Position numbers and translations under genes: made by a program. From the NCBI GenBank assembly GCA_051294375.1, contig CM119270.1, positions 19,378,380 to 19,442,379 of the forward strand: a stretch of DNA of 64,000 nt, read 5' to 3'. This DNA comes from Paraspadella gotoi. Its lineage: Eukaryota > Animalia > Chaetognatha. The notes under the pieces were generated by a model that did not search any database, was not told the origin of the DNA, and was given only the letters and a program-made list of their open reading frames with translations. Positions 37,166 through 50,533 of the stretch are shown piece after piece (positions within the stretch are counted from its first letter, which is position 1; each line of letters begins with the position of its first letter).

Positions 37166-38670
37166 GGAGTTATTGTTCTACTGTCTGTGGAGATTAGCCG
37201 ACGGCAAAATGCGGGTTGTTGCTGGTTTAAGAAAAAATTAAAAAGGTTTTAAGTTCTTAAAAGTCGTCGATCACATTATTCGATCCTTAATTGAGAGGAA
37301 AAACACGAAAATCCCAGTTGGAGATCCAAGTTTCCTTTTTATGTCGAAGGCAAAGGGCGAATTGTGAAAGACGAAATACGGCGAATTACGTACTGAGGGC
37401 GAATGACTGAATTTGAAAGGCGATTGGTAAATGGAAAGGAATGAATGACAAAGTTAGTGTTAATTGAAATAAAAATATCAAATAAGTAATCTTGCAAATT
37501 TTCATAAAAAAAAATATTTCGAGCGAAAGAAATATGCTAAACATTTTGATAATTTGAATAAAGAACTAAAAATATCATGAAAATAAATTTAGCAAAGAGG
37601 ATTGTCGAATTATGAAGGTCGAAAACTGAAAGGCGAAAAAATCCAGACTCGATTCGTCAAGTTGACTTTGAAATCGAGACAATTTTCAAGACTCAAAACT
37701 CGTTCGACGCTCGACACCAAAATTACTACTTTTTTTTATATTTATTCCTTTCTTGATTTTTCTTTTTCCCGGGGAATTTTTATTCTCCCCTTTTTTCGCC
37801 CCGGATTTTGTACATTGACTTGCTTTTTTTTGCTTTATTTTCTCGCTTTGTTATGTTTTTCTTTGATGATTTTAATTTGGTTTCAATTCGTCGAGTTGGC
37901 AGACGAATTTTATTTTTGAGTTTCGATCTCCCGGAACGGGGTGCGTCGTGATAGAGAGAGAGACGATTGACGACTACAGAGAGAGAGAGACAGTAGTTTA
38001 AACGAGTCAAATTCCAGTTTTAATGTCGTCAGCGACTTTCAACATTCGCTCAAGAATGAAAAACACTTTTTTTTCTAATCATTCGAAAATCCAGGGACAG
38101 TTTTCTTAATTTTTTTTTTTAATTTTTTTTTTTTGATCGCATTTTTTCTTCCCGGAAAGAATGAATCAGTCTCTTTGCAGGGGAAGAAGGGAAGGGCTAT
38201 AAACAGCCTAAGCCGATGCAAGGCGCGACCGAAAAGCGTATTAAAGTATTTCTACTCTAAATCTTCTTATTTTATTCTTTTTTTTTTCGAAAATAAATAT
38301 TTTTGCCCCCGAGTCGAAATACGTCACCGAATTTTTTTTTTCAGCAGATCCCGATCCTATCATTCACTTTGTCGGTCTGTCGGTCCGCCCCCTCAATCTT
38401 GTCGGTAAATCATTTTTATCATGTCAGAACATCGAATTATGATAAATTATGCAAAAAAAAAAAAAAAATGTCCACCCGTCCCACCTTAGAAAAAACTTCA
38501 GTTACTCGTGATTGGGTGGTGGGATTGGAATGAATGAGCGGAAATGAGTTTAAATGGGGAAAAACATAAGTCGCATTTACTAAAATCTTTTTACTTATTT
38601 TAACCAATAATTACTCTTAATCCTAATTAAAAAAATTATCCGAGTTAAAAAAAATTAAAAAAATCATTGT

Positions 38671-38847
38671 GATTTATCATCTGATTAGCTAATTACCGCT
38701 TAATTATCGTAGGCAGATCCGACATTGTTTGCTCAAACTTGTTTTTCTCTTCCAAGTTTTGATTTAAATTGGACCCTCGAAGGCAAGAAAAAAAATTAGG
38801 GTAACGATGCCAGATCTGCTCAAAATCAGCTAATCAAATGATTAATC
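38671..38847. mobile_element. MITE-like element with 24-bp imperfect TIRs
   Basis: gatttatcatctgattagctaatt vs reverse complement of aatcagctaatcaaatgattaatc (21/24); inner IR gcagatccgacat/atgccagatctgc; partial second copy ~41935-42000. Confidence 0.55.
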
Positions 38848-39645
38848 CTAAAATATTTTTTATTTAATAGAATCTACTATCAATATTTATAGTTTATAGT
38901 TTTTGAATTTTAACTAGCCAACAATTGTTTAATTTATTTTTTTCACGTTGTGGCCTTAATAAATATATTTTGCATGTATTTAACTACTAGTAGTAGTACT
39001 AGTAGTATACTATCTTTATTGTTGTTCACTTAAAGGCATAGTCTTTAACCGTGAACCTTATCGTTGTGGGACTGACGGACCGACTTAGAGAGCCGGCATC
39101 TCGTTTAAGCAGGTCTGGCTAAAATTGTTAGCCGATATTTCCACTTTGTACAGATTTGATGATTTTCTATAACTTATTGCCGAATGAATAGACTCTGAAA
39201 CTATATACAATTTGTGCTTTAAAAAAATTTAAATATTTATTTCTAACTCTATTACTGCTAAGTTTAGTAAATTCTAACTGTTGCTATAGATGTAAAAATT
39301 CCATTTTTTTTCAAATACACTATGTCGTTTATTAATTTAGGCAGGAAAATTCAGCAGCAAACATACAAACAATTTTACATTCAAAATAGATAAATTTGTG
39401 AAGGCACATTTGTCATATACAGTTTAAAATAAGTACAATTTGACAGAAGAAAAAAAAGTTATTAAAATTGCGAAGAGATTTGTATCTCTACTTAAAAATT
39501 ATCAAATTGATTTAGGGAAAGGAGGAAAAATCATCACTTTTAAAGACTTATCACAATTACAAACAGTCTTGAACAGAATTAAATATTCGATATCTCATTA
39601 TTTAAACACACGTCAATTAACAATCGATGTCAACTGAATAGGACA

Positions 39646-39835
39646 TACTAATAGGACATACCAATATGACATAGAACATAGGTCATAGAACATACTAATA
39701 GGACATAGAACATACTAATAGAATATAGGTCATAAGACATAGAACATAGGTCATAGAACATACTAATAGAACATAGAATATAGGTCAAAGGAATACTAAT
39801 AGATCATATAACATAGGTTATTAGACATACTAATA
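39646..39835. repeat. 6/7-mer mosaic minisatellite (ATAGAAC/ATAGGAC/ATAGGTC/ATACTA)
   Basis: read directly; lies just 3' of the orphan ORF. Confidence 0.85.
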
Positions 39836-39962
39836 TTAAACCCGGATTTTTTGTAAAAAAATTTAGAGTTTAAAGTTTTTAAGAAAAAAAAGAATAAAAA
39901 TGATAACGTTGCCACGAAAGAAATTAATTATTAAAAACTAGAAAAAATAAATGGTTCATTGT

Positions 39963-40547
39963 TTATTCGACGACTTTGATTCTTTTGCGAAATACCATCG
40001 CGGCTCGTTTTTCGTAAAGAGGGTTGAAAGGATCTTGGGGATTGCTTTGCACATTGAAATCTGCAACGCCGTCGATAATATTTTTCTCCCTTGGGTTGAC
40101 CCGCTGCTCTCCAGAGACACTGTAGGAATTCTCGTGGTTGAATTTAATCTTCCTGACTTCTTCATAGTCAATCTTGTCCCACGGCTGCAGCAGAGGCCAC
40201 AGGCTGGAGTCCCCCATCCAGATTTCTTTTTGGTAATATCCGCTGCGGATCCATAAGTCGTCCAGCATTGGGAGAAGCTGCATAGATTTTCGCCTGTCCA
40301 TTACCACGGGCATCCACATGCCTTTGACCATCTTCGTCCAGCCGGGCTCCGTCTCGCGACCCGGAGGAGGCATCGGCAGAGGGAAGCCCCGCGTGGAACG
40401 TTGCGGGGTTCCGTTCCTATCGTATTCGCAATAGAAGATCAACTGCTGCATTTCGAGATACGGTGTGCAGGGAACATGCATATCCTCCATAAATGGCGTG
40501 AAGTGACCGGGACGAATGAGGAAGGACGGGTCAGAAGACATTTTCAT
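39963..40547 (-). CDS. intronless 194-aa hypothetical protein (Met/Trp/Pro-rich)
   Basis: ATG-to-TAA ORF with GC above its flanks and complex amino-acid composition; no family recognised. Confidence 0.65.
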   Translation of the reverse strand: MKMSSDPSFLIRPGHFTPFMEDMHVPCTPYLEMQQLIFYCEYDRNGTPQRSTRGFPLPMPPPGRETEPGWTKMVKGMWMPVVMDRRKSMQLLPMLDDLWIRSGYYQKEIWMGDSSLWPLLQPWDKIDYEEVRKIKFNHENSYSVSGEQRVNPREKNIIDGVADFNVQSNPQDPFNPLYEKRAAMVFRKRIKVVE

Positions 40548-41084
40548 CGATGAGTTGGTTTTTTGATGTGATTATAAAAGGAGAAGAAATTGTTACGAAG
40601 ATCAGCGAAAAAAGTTTAGTCTTTAGGGCGACAAATTGACTTTGAGTTGAGCGAGGAAGGGACGATGTAGCGAGATAGAAAAAGACAGAAATAGATTGTA
40701 TCGATAACGGAGCTTCGTATTTTTTGAGCAAATATGGGCGTAGATTTTATCGCAAGAGAGAATTTTGTGAACATCGAATGAAATCTTGAGGGTCGAGCCT
40801 CGGTTTTTATGGGCAATGGTTGGGTGGGGAAGAGGAAGAGGAAGCCAGAGATAGTGAAAAGGGTTTCAAAGAAAAGGCTTCACCCTATTGTGAGAATTAA
40901 AAGAAAGCGAAAGACGGAGACAAAAGATAGAGAGAGAGAGGGGGGGGGAGAGTTCGCGGAAAAGAATAATAGGTAAAGAGAGAGAGAGAGAGAAATGAAT
41001 TGTATTGTACCAAGGAAACGGGCTTTGGACTACGTTGTGCCATAAAAGCTAAATCAATTTACAAAAAAATATTTACAGGTGTTC

Positions 41085-41115
<31 letters not shown>

Positions 41116-42742
41116 GCGAGAGATACTAACCGGACGTTTACTGTCCTCAAAAAAGTCAGATGTCAACGATTACAATTTCGATTCTCGAACTCGGAGTCGA
41201 GAGGAGAACGACGAAATAACAACAACAGCAACAACAACAACAACTCGTCGATGAATGGAGATCGATGACCTCAACTAAGAAACCCGATCACGTGACCAAA
41301 AATGGACCAGAATTATCTGACCTCGACTGCATCGCCTCTCCGCTCACTTCTGAACAGAATGTACATGTTCAATATCCTAGTTTGACATATATCGATATCC
41401 TAGTTTGACTGGAATCCTATTCCCCATCTTCTTCACTCTACAAAAAAGAAGCTTTTATTCACGGTCTTATAATGTAGTAGACATAAAAATTTAATGTAAC
41501 ACACTGTTGAACTATGTGCCTTAGAGGAATGATAAAACATTCCAGGTGCAATAGAATCTATTTCAAATCAAATCAAATCACTTCTGACCAGACATCGATC
41601 CCGAGCCAGGTGGCCTCAGTCATATTTCATGTCCGCTCTTTATCTTTATTCGTTTCGAAGCCACACGTTGTATTCTTTCCGCTTTAATTGTTTCTTACCG
41701 TCATTTATTTTCTCTCTCTTTGTCCAAAATATTACATGAGACCTGACCATAAAAATTTCGTAAAATATTCCGTTAAAACTGAATAACCATTTATTTAATT
41801 CTAATATTTTCAAATTTTCATATTTATTTTCTATCATCAATCAATCGGCAATTATTGTCGTCGTCGCTATCATCGTCGTCGTTGCTTTTGTCGTGTTCAG
41901 TGACGAAAAAATTTAAAAGAAACATTTCGGATCAAATTGATTAAATTAATAAATTACCGCTAATGATCGTGGGCAGATCCGACATGGTTTGCCAACCTGT
42001 TTGTTTAATTTTCGAATCAGTCATATCTAGTGCGAACTTTAAAAGAATCTTGGCGGAACTACAGTCATAACCTTTGTCTCTTTGATAATACAAGGTTGAG
42101 TCTGTGACTTATTTTGGTAGTTTTATGTCGGAGCGAAAGAAACAAACAACTAACAACGTTTCTCTTTGCATATATTTAATTCTAGCAAACGTCACTACAA
42201 TTTATAATATATATAATTATAATTATAATATATTACCACGATTAAATTATTTCCCGGAATTCGCTTTATATTTACAACATTCCACAAAGATTTAAAAAAA
42301 AGTTTTCAGTGAAATTCCTTCTTTTAAACTTCTTTCCCTTCTTCCTTCTATCTCCCTTTTCCCTTACCTTCTAAATTCCAATCACCCCACACAAAAAAAA
42401 TTTGGTTAATCAGTTATAAAATAAGTTATAAGTGATATTGTTTGTTTGTTGATGATGATGGTACTGAATCAACCTCGTTGTATTCGAATAAAATCGCATA
42501 TATTAGTCTTTGATGAAGCGGATAATAAATAGCTCTCTCTCTCTCATTAGTTAATGAATTGAATAATCAATCAAATTACATATTATGCATGAATAATTTG
42601 ATTAATTTATAAATTAATAAACGCGTTAATTAAATGAAAGAAGAATAAAATATAAAAATTTATACCGCACTCCCTTTTCCCATTTTCGGACCTCATTAAT
42701 AAACCTGACTGGTATCCATTTCTCATAAATTGATCTCTCTCT

Positions 42743-42778
<36 letters not shown>

Positions 42779-44862
42779 ATTCTCTCTCTCTTTCTCTAAT
42801 CCCTTTCTTTTGTCGAATCGCCGAGGGGTTTTCCAAGTGGACGTCCGACTGCCAAAGGCCAACGATCCCGGTTAATCCTCTTGGATATCTCTCTCTCTCT
42901 TTCTCCTCTCTTCTCTCTCTACTCCGCTGTTCCATTCTCTCCAGGCTCTCCTCTAGTTCTGTTCTTTTTTCCAATAGCAGTTCTTCCTCTGTCGCGATTT
43001 CCTTCACAGTTCAACACTTAGAAATTGGTAAACCAATATAAAATTATCCATTCATTTAATATCTAAGCTATCTTGCCCCTGACTTTGGACAAGCTTTGGT
43101 GGTTTAAGGCTTCTATCACTAATACAAGATAATGACATAGCAGGTCCCTGCAGACTCTCTCACAGTCTCTTTACTCACTTCCTCAGAGTACTTGGCTATC
43201 ATTATAGTTTTTTTTCTAATTGTATTTTAACCATGTTTCTTAAAAGTTAATTATTATAATTTTATAATCGTTTAGTTTTTAAGTTTTTCTCTAACTCATG
43301 ATAAGACCTGTTATGCCACGATCTCTTTAATGATTAATCTTCCGATTTCTCTCAACCACCCAATCTCGTCACACTTCCGCTTAGCCTTTTCCACCCTCAA
43401 ACTCAACCCCTCAATCCACCTTCCTCCGCTGCCTACCTTCGCATTTTTCCATCTTCCAACGCACCCTACCTCCCATGTTTCCTTTTTCGCCGCTACCCAC
43501 CCCCTCGGAGGGAGAGTCATTTCCCATTTCTCATTCGGGTTTCAAGTCGGGAGTTTCAAATGTGGCAGCGTTTTTTGATTCGGGGATTTGACCTTTTGCG
43601 AGACGTAAAAATAACTCTCTCTCTCTCTCTCTACTGTCCTCTCTTATCTCTGACCTTCGTTACTCATTGGTCGTTTTGTATTCGTTCTCATTCTTGCTCT
43701 CTCTTTCTATTTCTAACAAGGATGGTTTATTTTTCACACTTGTTCTTTTACAATATTCGTTTATTTTTTTTTAAAAATTTATTTATGCTTTTATCTTTAC
43801 TTTTGTTTTTACTTGTGAGTTGGTTGCAAGGAAGTTTATCGCGCAATAAGATCCTAAGACCTCTCTCTCTCTCTCTCTCTCATATCTCTCTCTCTCTCTC
43901 TCATCTCTCTCTGCTCTCACTCTCTGATATCTCTCTCCTCTCTCTCTCTCTCTCTCTCCTTTTCGTAAAATCTGTTAAGTTTTCTTCTCAAAATCGCGTC
44001 TCTATCATATTGCGTTAACCTACAATCGTGGACAATAGGGCTCTATTTCACCCCCATATTGGACCGCTACCTCTGTCATTCACTCCTTTCTATCCTCATC
44101 GCAGTCTCTCTCCGTTCAATCTCTCTCTTCATACTCCTCTAGAAGGGAACTTACGTGTCATACGTCCTCTGTTTTATGTAGCTGAAGACGGCATTTGCTT
44201 CTGTTTCCGCCTGACGTGAATTAGTAGATGACTGGGTAACGGCAGGTCCTCGGCGGCGCGGTCGCACTGCATCTGTGTTCTGTCGAATACCAAAAGGTTG
44301 TGAAAGGAGGCTTTCGGTAGGCGAGAAAAGTAGTGTAATCGACTCCAAAGACAGTACGTTTGGGGTCTCGCCACTAGGCCTTTATCATGTCAGTCGTTAT
44401 CTGATGTCATTGATTTAATTAATTAATTAATTAAATCAGATATATGCTACAAATTTGGTTTCATGCTGACTTTTCCTTTATATTTTATTATCTCTTGTTA
44501 TCCACAGGAAGTCGATTCACTTGCTAACACTTAAATAAACGCGCAATAAAAACAGAAAGTCATATAATTGTCAGCCAGAAAAATATCCTAAAAAGACTCG
44601 TAATGAAAAGCAGTCATGTTAAATAAAAGATAAACAAGTTACTGTGGTAAAAAATACGTCGCTAAAAAATAACTTTAATAAAATACATTTATTTAATTAA
44701 ATGAAATGGATTATTCTTTTCCGTTTTTTTCGTTTCACAGAAAATACGTTTTAAACCAGATATATAGTGTATCAGAAACATTACTCTCTTCTCTCCTAAT
44801 CGTCTCGTCTCTAGCATCTCCGGCTCTGTGGGCGTCTCTGCATAAGTGCGCTTCTCTCTCTG

Positions 44863-44894
<32 letters not shown>

Positions 44895-47695
44895 ATAGAA
44901 TTTGATTATGGAATATATGTCCCAAGAGACAGGTACCCCTCGGAATCGTGCAACGGTCGAACTTCACCGCCCCGCCTCCTCTCTCACGTCGATTTTTTTA
45001 AATATTATTTTCTACTATTTTTGTTAACTTTTGAAATTTTTTTTCTGTATTTATGACGAGTGTATACAGCTGTATAGAAACAAGAAAATATAGGAGAGAG
45101 AGGGAGAAAAAGTATTAAAGTGTGACAGAGAGTAAGAGAACGAAAGAGAGACAGAGAGAGAGAGATATATTGATACAGGAGAGAGTCACAGTCCTTAACA
45201 TCATCATCTCTCTTCTGTCCTACCCTCTTCCTCTCTCTCCTCTCGTCCTTCAACGTGCAAACCTCACCAGATGGGCGAAGATGAGATGGTGAGTCCACCA
45301 TGCTCAATCTTCGCGTCGAATTCAAACCTGAGTCGAAAAAATGACAATAAAGAAACTTTCTATTGACTCCCTATCGCCTCTCTCTCTCGTCTCTTCTGCT
45401 CGTCTCCTCTCCCTTCTCTCTGCTGCGGTCTCTCATCTCTTCTCTCTCCTTCAAACGTGCAAACTCACCGTTCCTCATCTTCTCAGATATGTCAAACCTC
45501 GTGTCGGAGCCACAAATGCGGAAACAAATGAAACGATTTATCTTTGACTCGCTCTCTCTCCCTCTCGTCTCTCTGCCGTCTCTCCCTTTTCTCTCTCTCT
45601 CTCATCTCTCCCATGGGCTCCTCTCGTCCTCCTCTCTGCTCTCTGCTCTCTCTCTCTCTCTTCTCTCTCTCTCGTTTGTAGGCCGTCTAGGCGATTCCTG
45701 TGGGGATAAACTGACGTGAAGAGGGTTTGATGTTCGGTGGCGTTGACGTCCAGAAGGGTTTAGCTTTGGCGTGGTTTGGCGTGACGCGGATGCTTGACTT
45801 GTTGTCAACGTTGCGGCATCAGGTTTGGCAATTGCGTTGGCGCGGTGTGGCGTGTCGCAGTGTTGTTTGGCGCATTTTATTGTTGGTGTCAGGCACCAAT
45901 GACGATCGTCCTTGGGCAGCCTTCACGGAGTCGGTGAGTGAAGGAGGAAAAATAGTGTGGGTGAGGCGTAATATGCAGGAGGGTGAGTTTGTAGACTAAG
46001 AGGGTAACTATAGCGAAAGAGAGAAGAGAGGAGAAGAGAGATGAGAAAGGAGAAGAGAGAGATGAGAAAGAAATGATTAGGAGAGGAAATCTCTTTTGTT
46101 TTGGCGATGGTGAACGTCGTTTTCCTATGTTAAGTTCAAGTTCAATAGGCTGGCAGATATTGTTTGTTTGTTGTTGGTTGTTCAGTGTGGATGTTGTCGT
46201 GTGATGTACAAGAAGAGAAAGTCCGGGTGAAAAGAAAGTTGAAAAGCGATTGGAATTAAGTAAAGAGGTCGAAAGGAGGATTTAAAGGAGGTGGAAAAGA
46301 GGTGGAAGAAGTTGAAAAAGAAGTGGATAAGATGGTGAGAAAAAGAGGAACAGAGGTGGATATGGAAGTAGAAGGAGATTTAGAGGTATGGAAAAGAGGG
46401 TGGAAGAAGTTTGGAAAAGATGTGGATAGAAAAATGTAAAAAGAGTGGATAGAAGGTGGAAAAGAGGTGGTAAAGAGGTGAAAAGAGGGTAGAAAAAGGG
46501 AAAATAAAAGCAGAGGTAGGGAATGGAGCGGAATTTTTTTTTCCTCTTTTTCCTCCATTTCTCATTCCCTATATGCCCTGCCACCATGATTTAGTCGTCG
46601 CGAAGACCGGATCGACCCAAATAGTTTTTTTTTCATCAGCCGCCGCAGCAGCCGCCGTCCGCTGCCGCGCAATGCTCGGCCGCGCTGCCGCCTTCCTATG
46701 ATGCTGTCGCTGACACCGTGCCTCCAGCTCTGCCGGAGACCGAAACTTTACCCACATTACGACGCGGCCCAGGCATTTTTTTTTACCCAGATGCGGATCT
46801 TCTTTCCCCTTCATGCTCTAATCGTACGCTTACCCACCTCTAAAGAGAGCCGCGCACCAAACGATTTCAAACTACCATTTTTCATTCTCTCCTTTTCTTC
46901 AGCTTACCATCGGTTCAACCCCCCCCCGGCGATTCAACCGCCCCTCTCCCACCGCCGCCACTTTAAGCCATTAAGAGCGCCAACCTTCGCTTCCTCCTAA
47001 TGTTCCAGCCGCCTCGTTGGGCGGCACCGAACCATTAACTTTCGGCTCGCGTTTCTCCCTATGCAAGACACAAAAAAAGTTGAGGGATGTCAATTAATCG
47101 AACTCCATAATGGTCGTCTTATTGAGAAAAAAAGAAAAAGTTTGTTAATGGTCGTATGAAGATTAGCATACAAAAAATGACAAAGATGATGAGGTGGAGA
47201 CAGGGATTGTTGGGTTTTGATAACCCTGTGTATTTAATATTGTTTAATAAAAAAAGGGGATAAGGGTTAAGGTTTTGTCTCCGTAATTCCTCGTTTTTTT
47301 ATCGTTTCGCGTTTCAACTCTCTCTCCTCGTCCTCTCTCTCTCTACGTCTCTCGTCTGCGGTCTCTCCTCTTCTTCTCTCTGCTCTCTCGTCTCTCTCTC
47401 ATCTCTCTCTCTCTCTCTTCATTCTCTCTTACTGTCAGACGAGTTTAAGTTCCGCTCTGCAAACAAGAGAATGAGATGAGAAATGAATGGGAAATGGAAT
47501 TTGATCCGAATAACCGATGAAAAAGTGAATAATGAAATAATAAAAAAATAATAAGGTTGATTCAAAGTGACGCCTGGTTGCACGAACTCGTTGCGTCGTT
47601 CCCTCTCTCTCTCTCTCTCTCTCGGCGCGCCTGGGGCTCGTCGTTTCTGCTCGGGATTTCCTCTCGTCTCGTCTCTCTTTTCTCTCGTAGGGTCT

Positions 47696-47860
47696 GGAAT
47701 ATCTAAAGATATGATTCGTCTTCTTAACTCCTTTCTAACTAATAGAAGCTTCTAGCGTCGTCAGTCGAGGTGAGCATCAGGAGAGTTATGATTCTGTGTG
47801 GATTCCACAAGGAGCGGTTCCTCAGTCCTGTGAAGATTATTTGCTCTTTACGTCGGTGAA
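47696..47860 (+). mobile_element. degraded non-LTR (LINE) reverse transcriptase fragment
   Basis: GISKDMIRLLNSFLTNRSF then, after frameshifts, IPQGAV..SP, matching the LINE RT 'L.SFL..R...GVPQGSVLSP' region. Confidence 0.65.
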
Positions 47861-48199
47861 CCCTAACGCCATTTTCTTGCCCAAGGCCCATTAAGCATTA
47901 CACAATCCATGCTCCAATCTCATCGTTAATCCGATCATAAATAGTCAACGATCAAGATCCAGTGCCCAAAATTTACGCTCTCGATCGCAACGGCATTTCA
48001 AGGTGTTGCTGGCTTGAATGATTTTTGAGAGTGGCTGCAACAATATGGCAGAGACGACTCAAGCTTGTGGGCTTCATTAAAGATCCGCATATAGCAGAAA
48101 AGGCTCTCCAACGGACACTTCATAAACTTGATAAGATGGTGCGAAATGTGGTTTTTTAGATCTTGTCGCAGATAAATCTAACTGTATATTAGTTACAGG

Positions 48200-48700
48200 C
48201 GGAGAGTTTTAATGCTTTTTAACTTTTGAGAGCGTTAAATTTACATTATTTGGTAGAAAATTCCAATGTGTGACGACGTGAAAGTTCTGTTTAGGTGTAA
48301 TAATTGATAAGTTACTTGGACATTTCACGTTAAATGATTTATTTAAAAAAGCAAAATGTATAGATTGCTTGGCAATCAATAGAGTCTTTCGCGTTTTGTA
48401 ACTGTGATATGCAATTATCGTGTAGTTCAGTCAACCTGATTTCAAAGTCTTATAGTTTCTTCGCTATTTTTATACGTCTCTCCTTGTTTGCTGTCTGCTG
48501 GTGAATTATCACGTGGATGAAATTTGAGTCGCTTAAATTAAGAGAGCCATTGGTGATTTTCAAAATTTACGTAGTCATTACTCCGTACTGCTGCCACATT
48601 TAGATGCCGGCAGGGCCAAAATACGGCGATTATCTGATATGTTAAAAAACATTTGCTGTACGGAGATTGGAAAAGAATTATCCGAGAAATCACGCTATTT
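48200..48700 (-). mobile_element. degraded LINE (CR1/L2-like) ORF2 C-terminal fragment
   Basis: minus frame HVVTHWNFLPNNV resembles the RVV..WN.LP motif; otherwise heavily disrupted. Confidence 0.4.
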
Positions 48701-50533
48701 GTGATACGATGCATTAATCATATAATTCTAATACTGAATTCAGACAAACATTTCACCTATCGAAACGCTGGTTGGGATGGGATTATTTACAAGGGAAAAT
48801 ACAATGCATAGAAAATGTAAATTGGAAAGATTTTCATGATGAATGCTAAATTCGTAGACTTAAATGTAATAAAGTAGCTTTATGCCTATTTTTTATTTTT
48901 GTGCCTAATAGCCCCATTTGAATAAATTTCAAATTCAAATTTCAAATTCTCTCTCTCTCTCTCTACTGCTCGGACTCTCCTTGTCCGTCTCATCTCTCTC
49001 TCTGTCGGCGCGCCAGTTACGTTTATTTATCCGTGTGTGTTTCTCGTTCAAACCGGAAATGACGTTAGAGAGCAAGTGACGCCGACTGCGCAACGATGAT
49101 GTGATGATATGATGATGATTATTTTGAATTAGTAATAGATGACAATGATAACGAATGTTTAGATAAATTGACATGACATCAGTGTTGAAAATATATTATA
49201 TCAGTGCACAACTTAAAAGCGAAACATGAATGACATGACATGAACGAAAATGTCGCTTAAAAAAGGAAGAGAAAATATAGTACAACAACAACAATCGTCG
49301 ACGACAACAACAACAACGAAACCAACCATGAACGACGCCCTCGCTCGTCGACATCGACGCTTCTTGAGTGTGACATACCCAGATGGCGACGAACGACTTG
49401 GACGAACGACCGACGAAGACGACTACGAAGACGGACGGACAAAGCCGATTACGACGCGATTAACGTCCACGCGAGTGGGCTGGGCGTCGACTGGAGTCTC
49501 TCTCTCTCTCCATCTCCTCTCTCTCTCGTCTCTCTTCTTCATCTCTTCATCGTCTCTCTCTCTCTGCTCGTCTCTGCAGTTTTCTCTCTCTCATCTAACA
49601 GAGCATTTTAAAGTCGATTTTGCGTTTAATAGTCTTATCATTACGACGATGCGGCGACTGCGAACGATCAACGACGACGATAACGACGATAACGTCGAGG
49701 ACGACGACGCAAGGAGATGGCAGTTTTACGACTTTTAGCTTTTTTCGTTCCGGTCGGCGACAATTTATTTTATTTTTTATCAGTTTATTTGATTTCTTGT
49801 TTAGTTTTATTTTTTTGAAGTGTTTTTAAATTTACACTTTTTCTTTACGCACGCATATCTAAATTTTCATCAGAGTGTTTATTTTCATATTATTTCATAT
49901 TATTTATTAGTTTATTCTCTTCTTCTCTCATTCTATTCCTCTCTCTCGTCTCTCTCGTCTCCTCTCTCCTTCATCGTCTCAAATGCTCGCTCTCTCTCCG
50001 ATCTGCTCGGGTCGTCGTCGTTCTCTCTCTCATCGTCTCTCTCTCACTCTCTCTCTCTCTCTCTCTCTCTTGCATCTCTCTTGCGTCTCTTCCCTCCCCT
50101 TCTCCCCAGCATCTCAGTTTTGTTTACGTTCAATTGGTTTTGATTACATCAATCCGGGTTTGGTTATATTTGTGCCGCTATCTTTTTTTACCTCTCGATT
50201 GCAAATTCTCTCGTCGCGAAGAAATAAAAAGAATAAGGATNNNNNNNNNNNNNNNNNNNNNNNNNACCCGCAAATCGGGCCCCCTGTGGAAGACGATGCC
50301 GCGATCAGTTTACCGTCCGTTGCACCCAAGGTCCCGAACTTAGGATCGGGCTGTAGTCCGTCACTACAGGTGGGTGAGACGCCCCGTCCCGCTTTTACTT
50401 GTGTGAATCAGCAGGGCGCGAACCCGAGTCCTTTTGGATCCGGCGCCATAGGTGCTGCTGATTCTCGGACGAGTAGCGGGGTATGAATTACTACCGCTAC
50501 ACCCTCCACACCCCAACAACCTCCTCCACAAAC

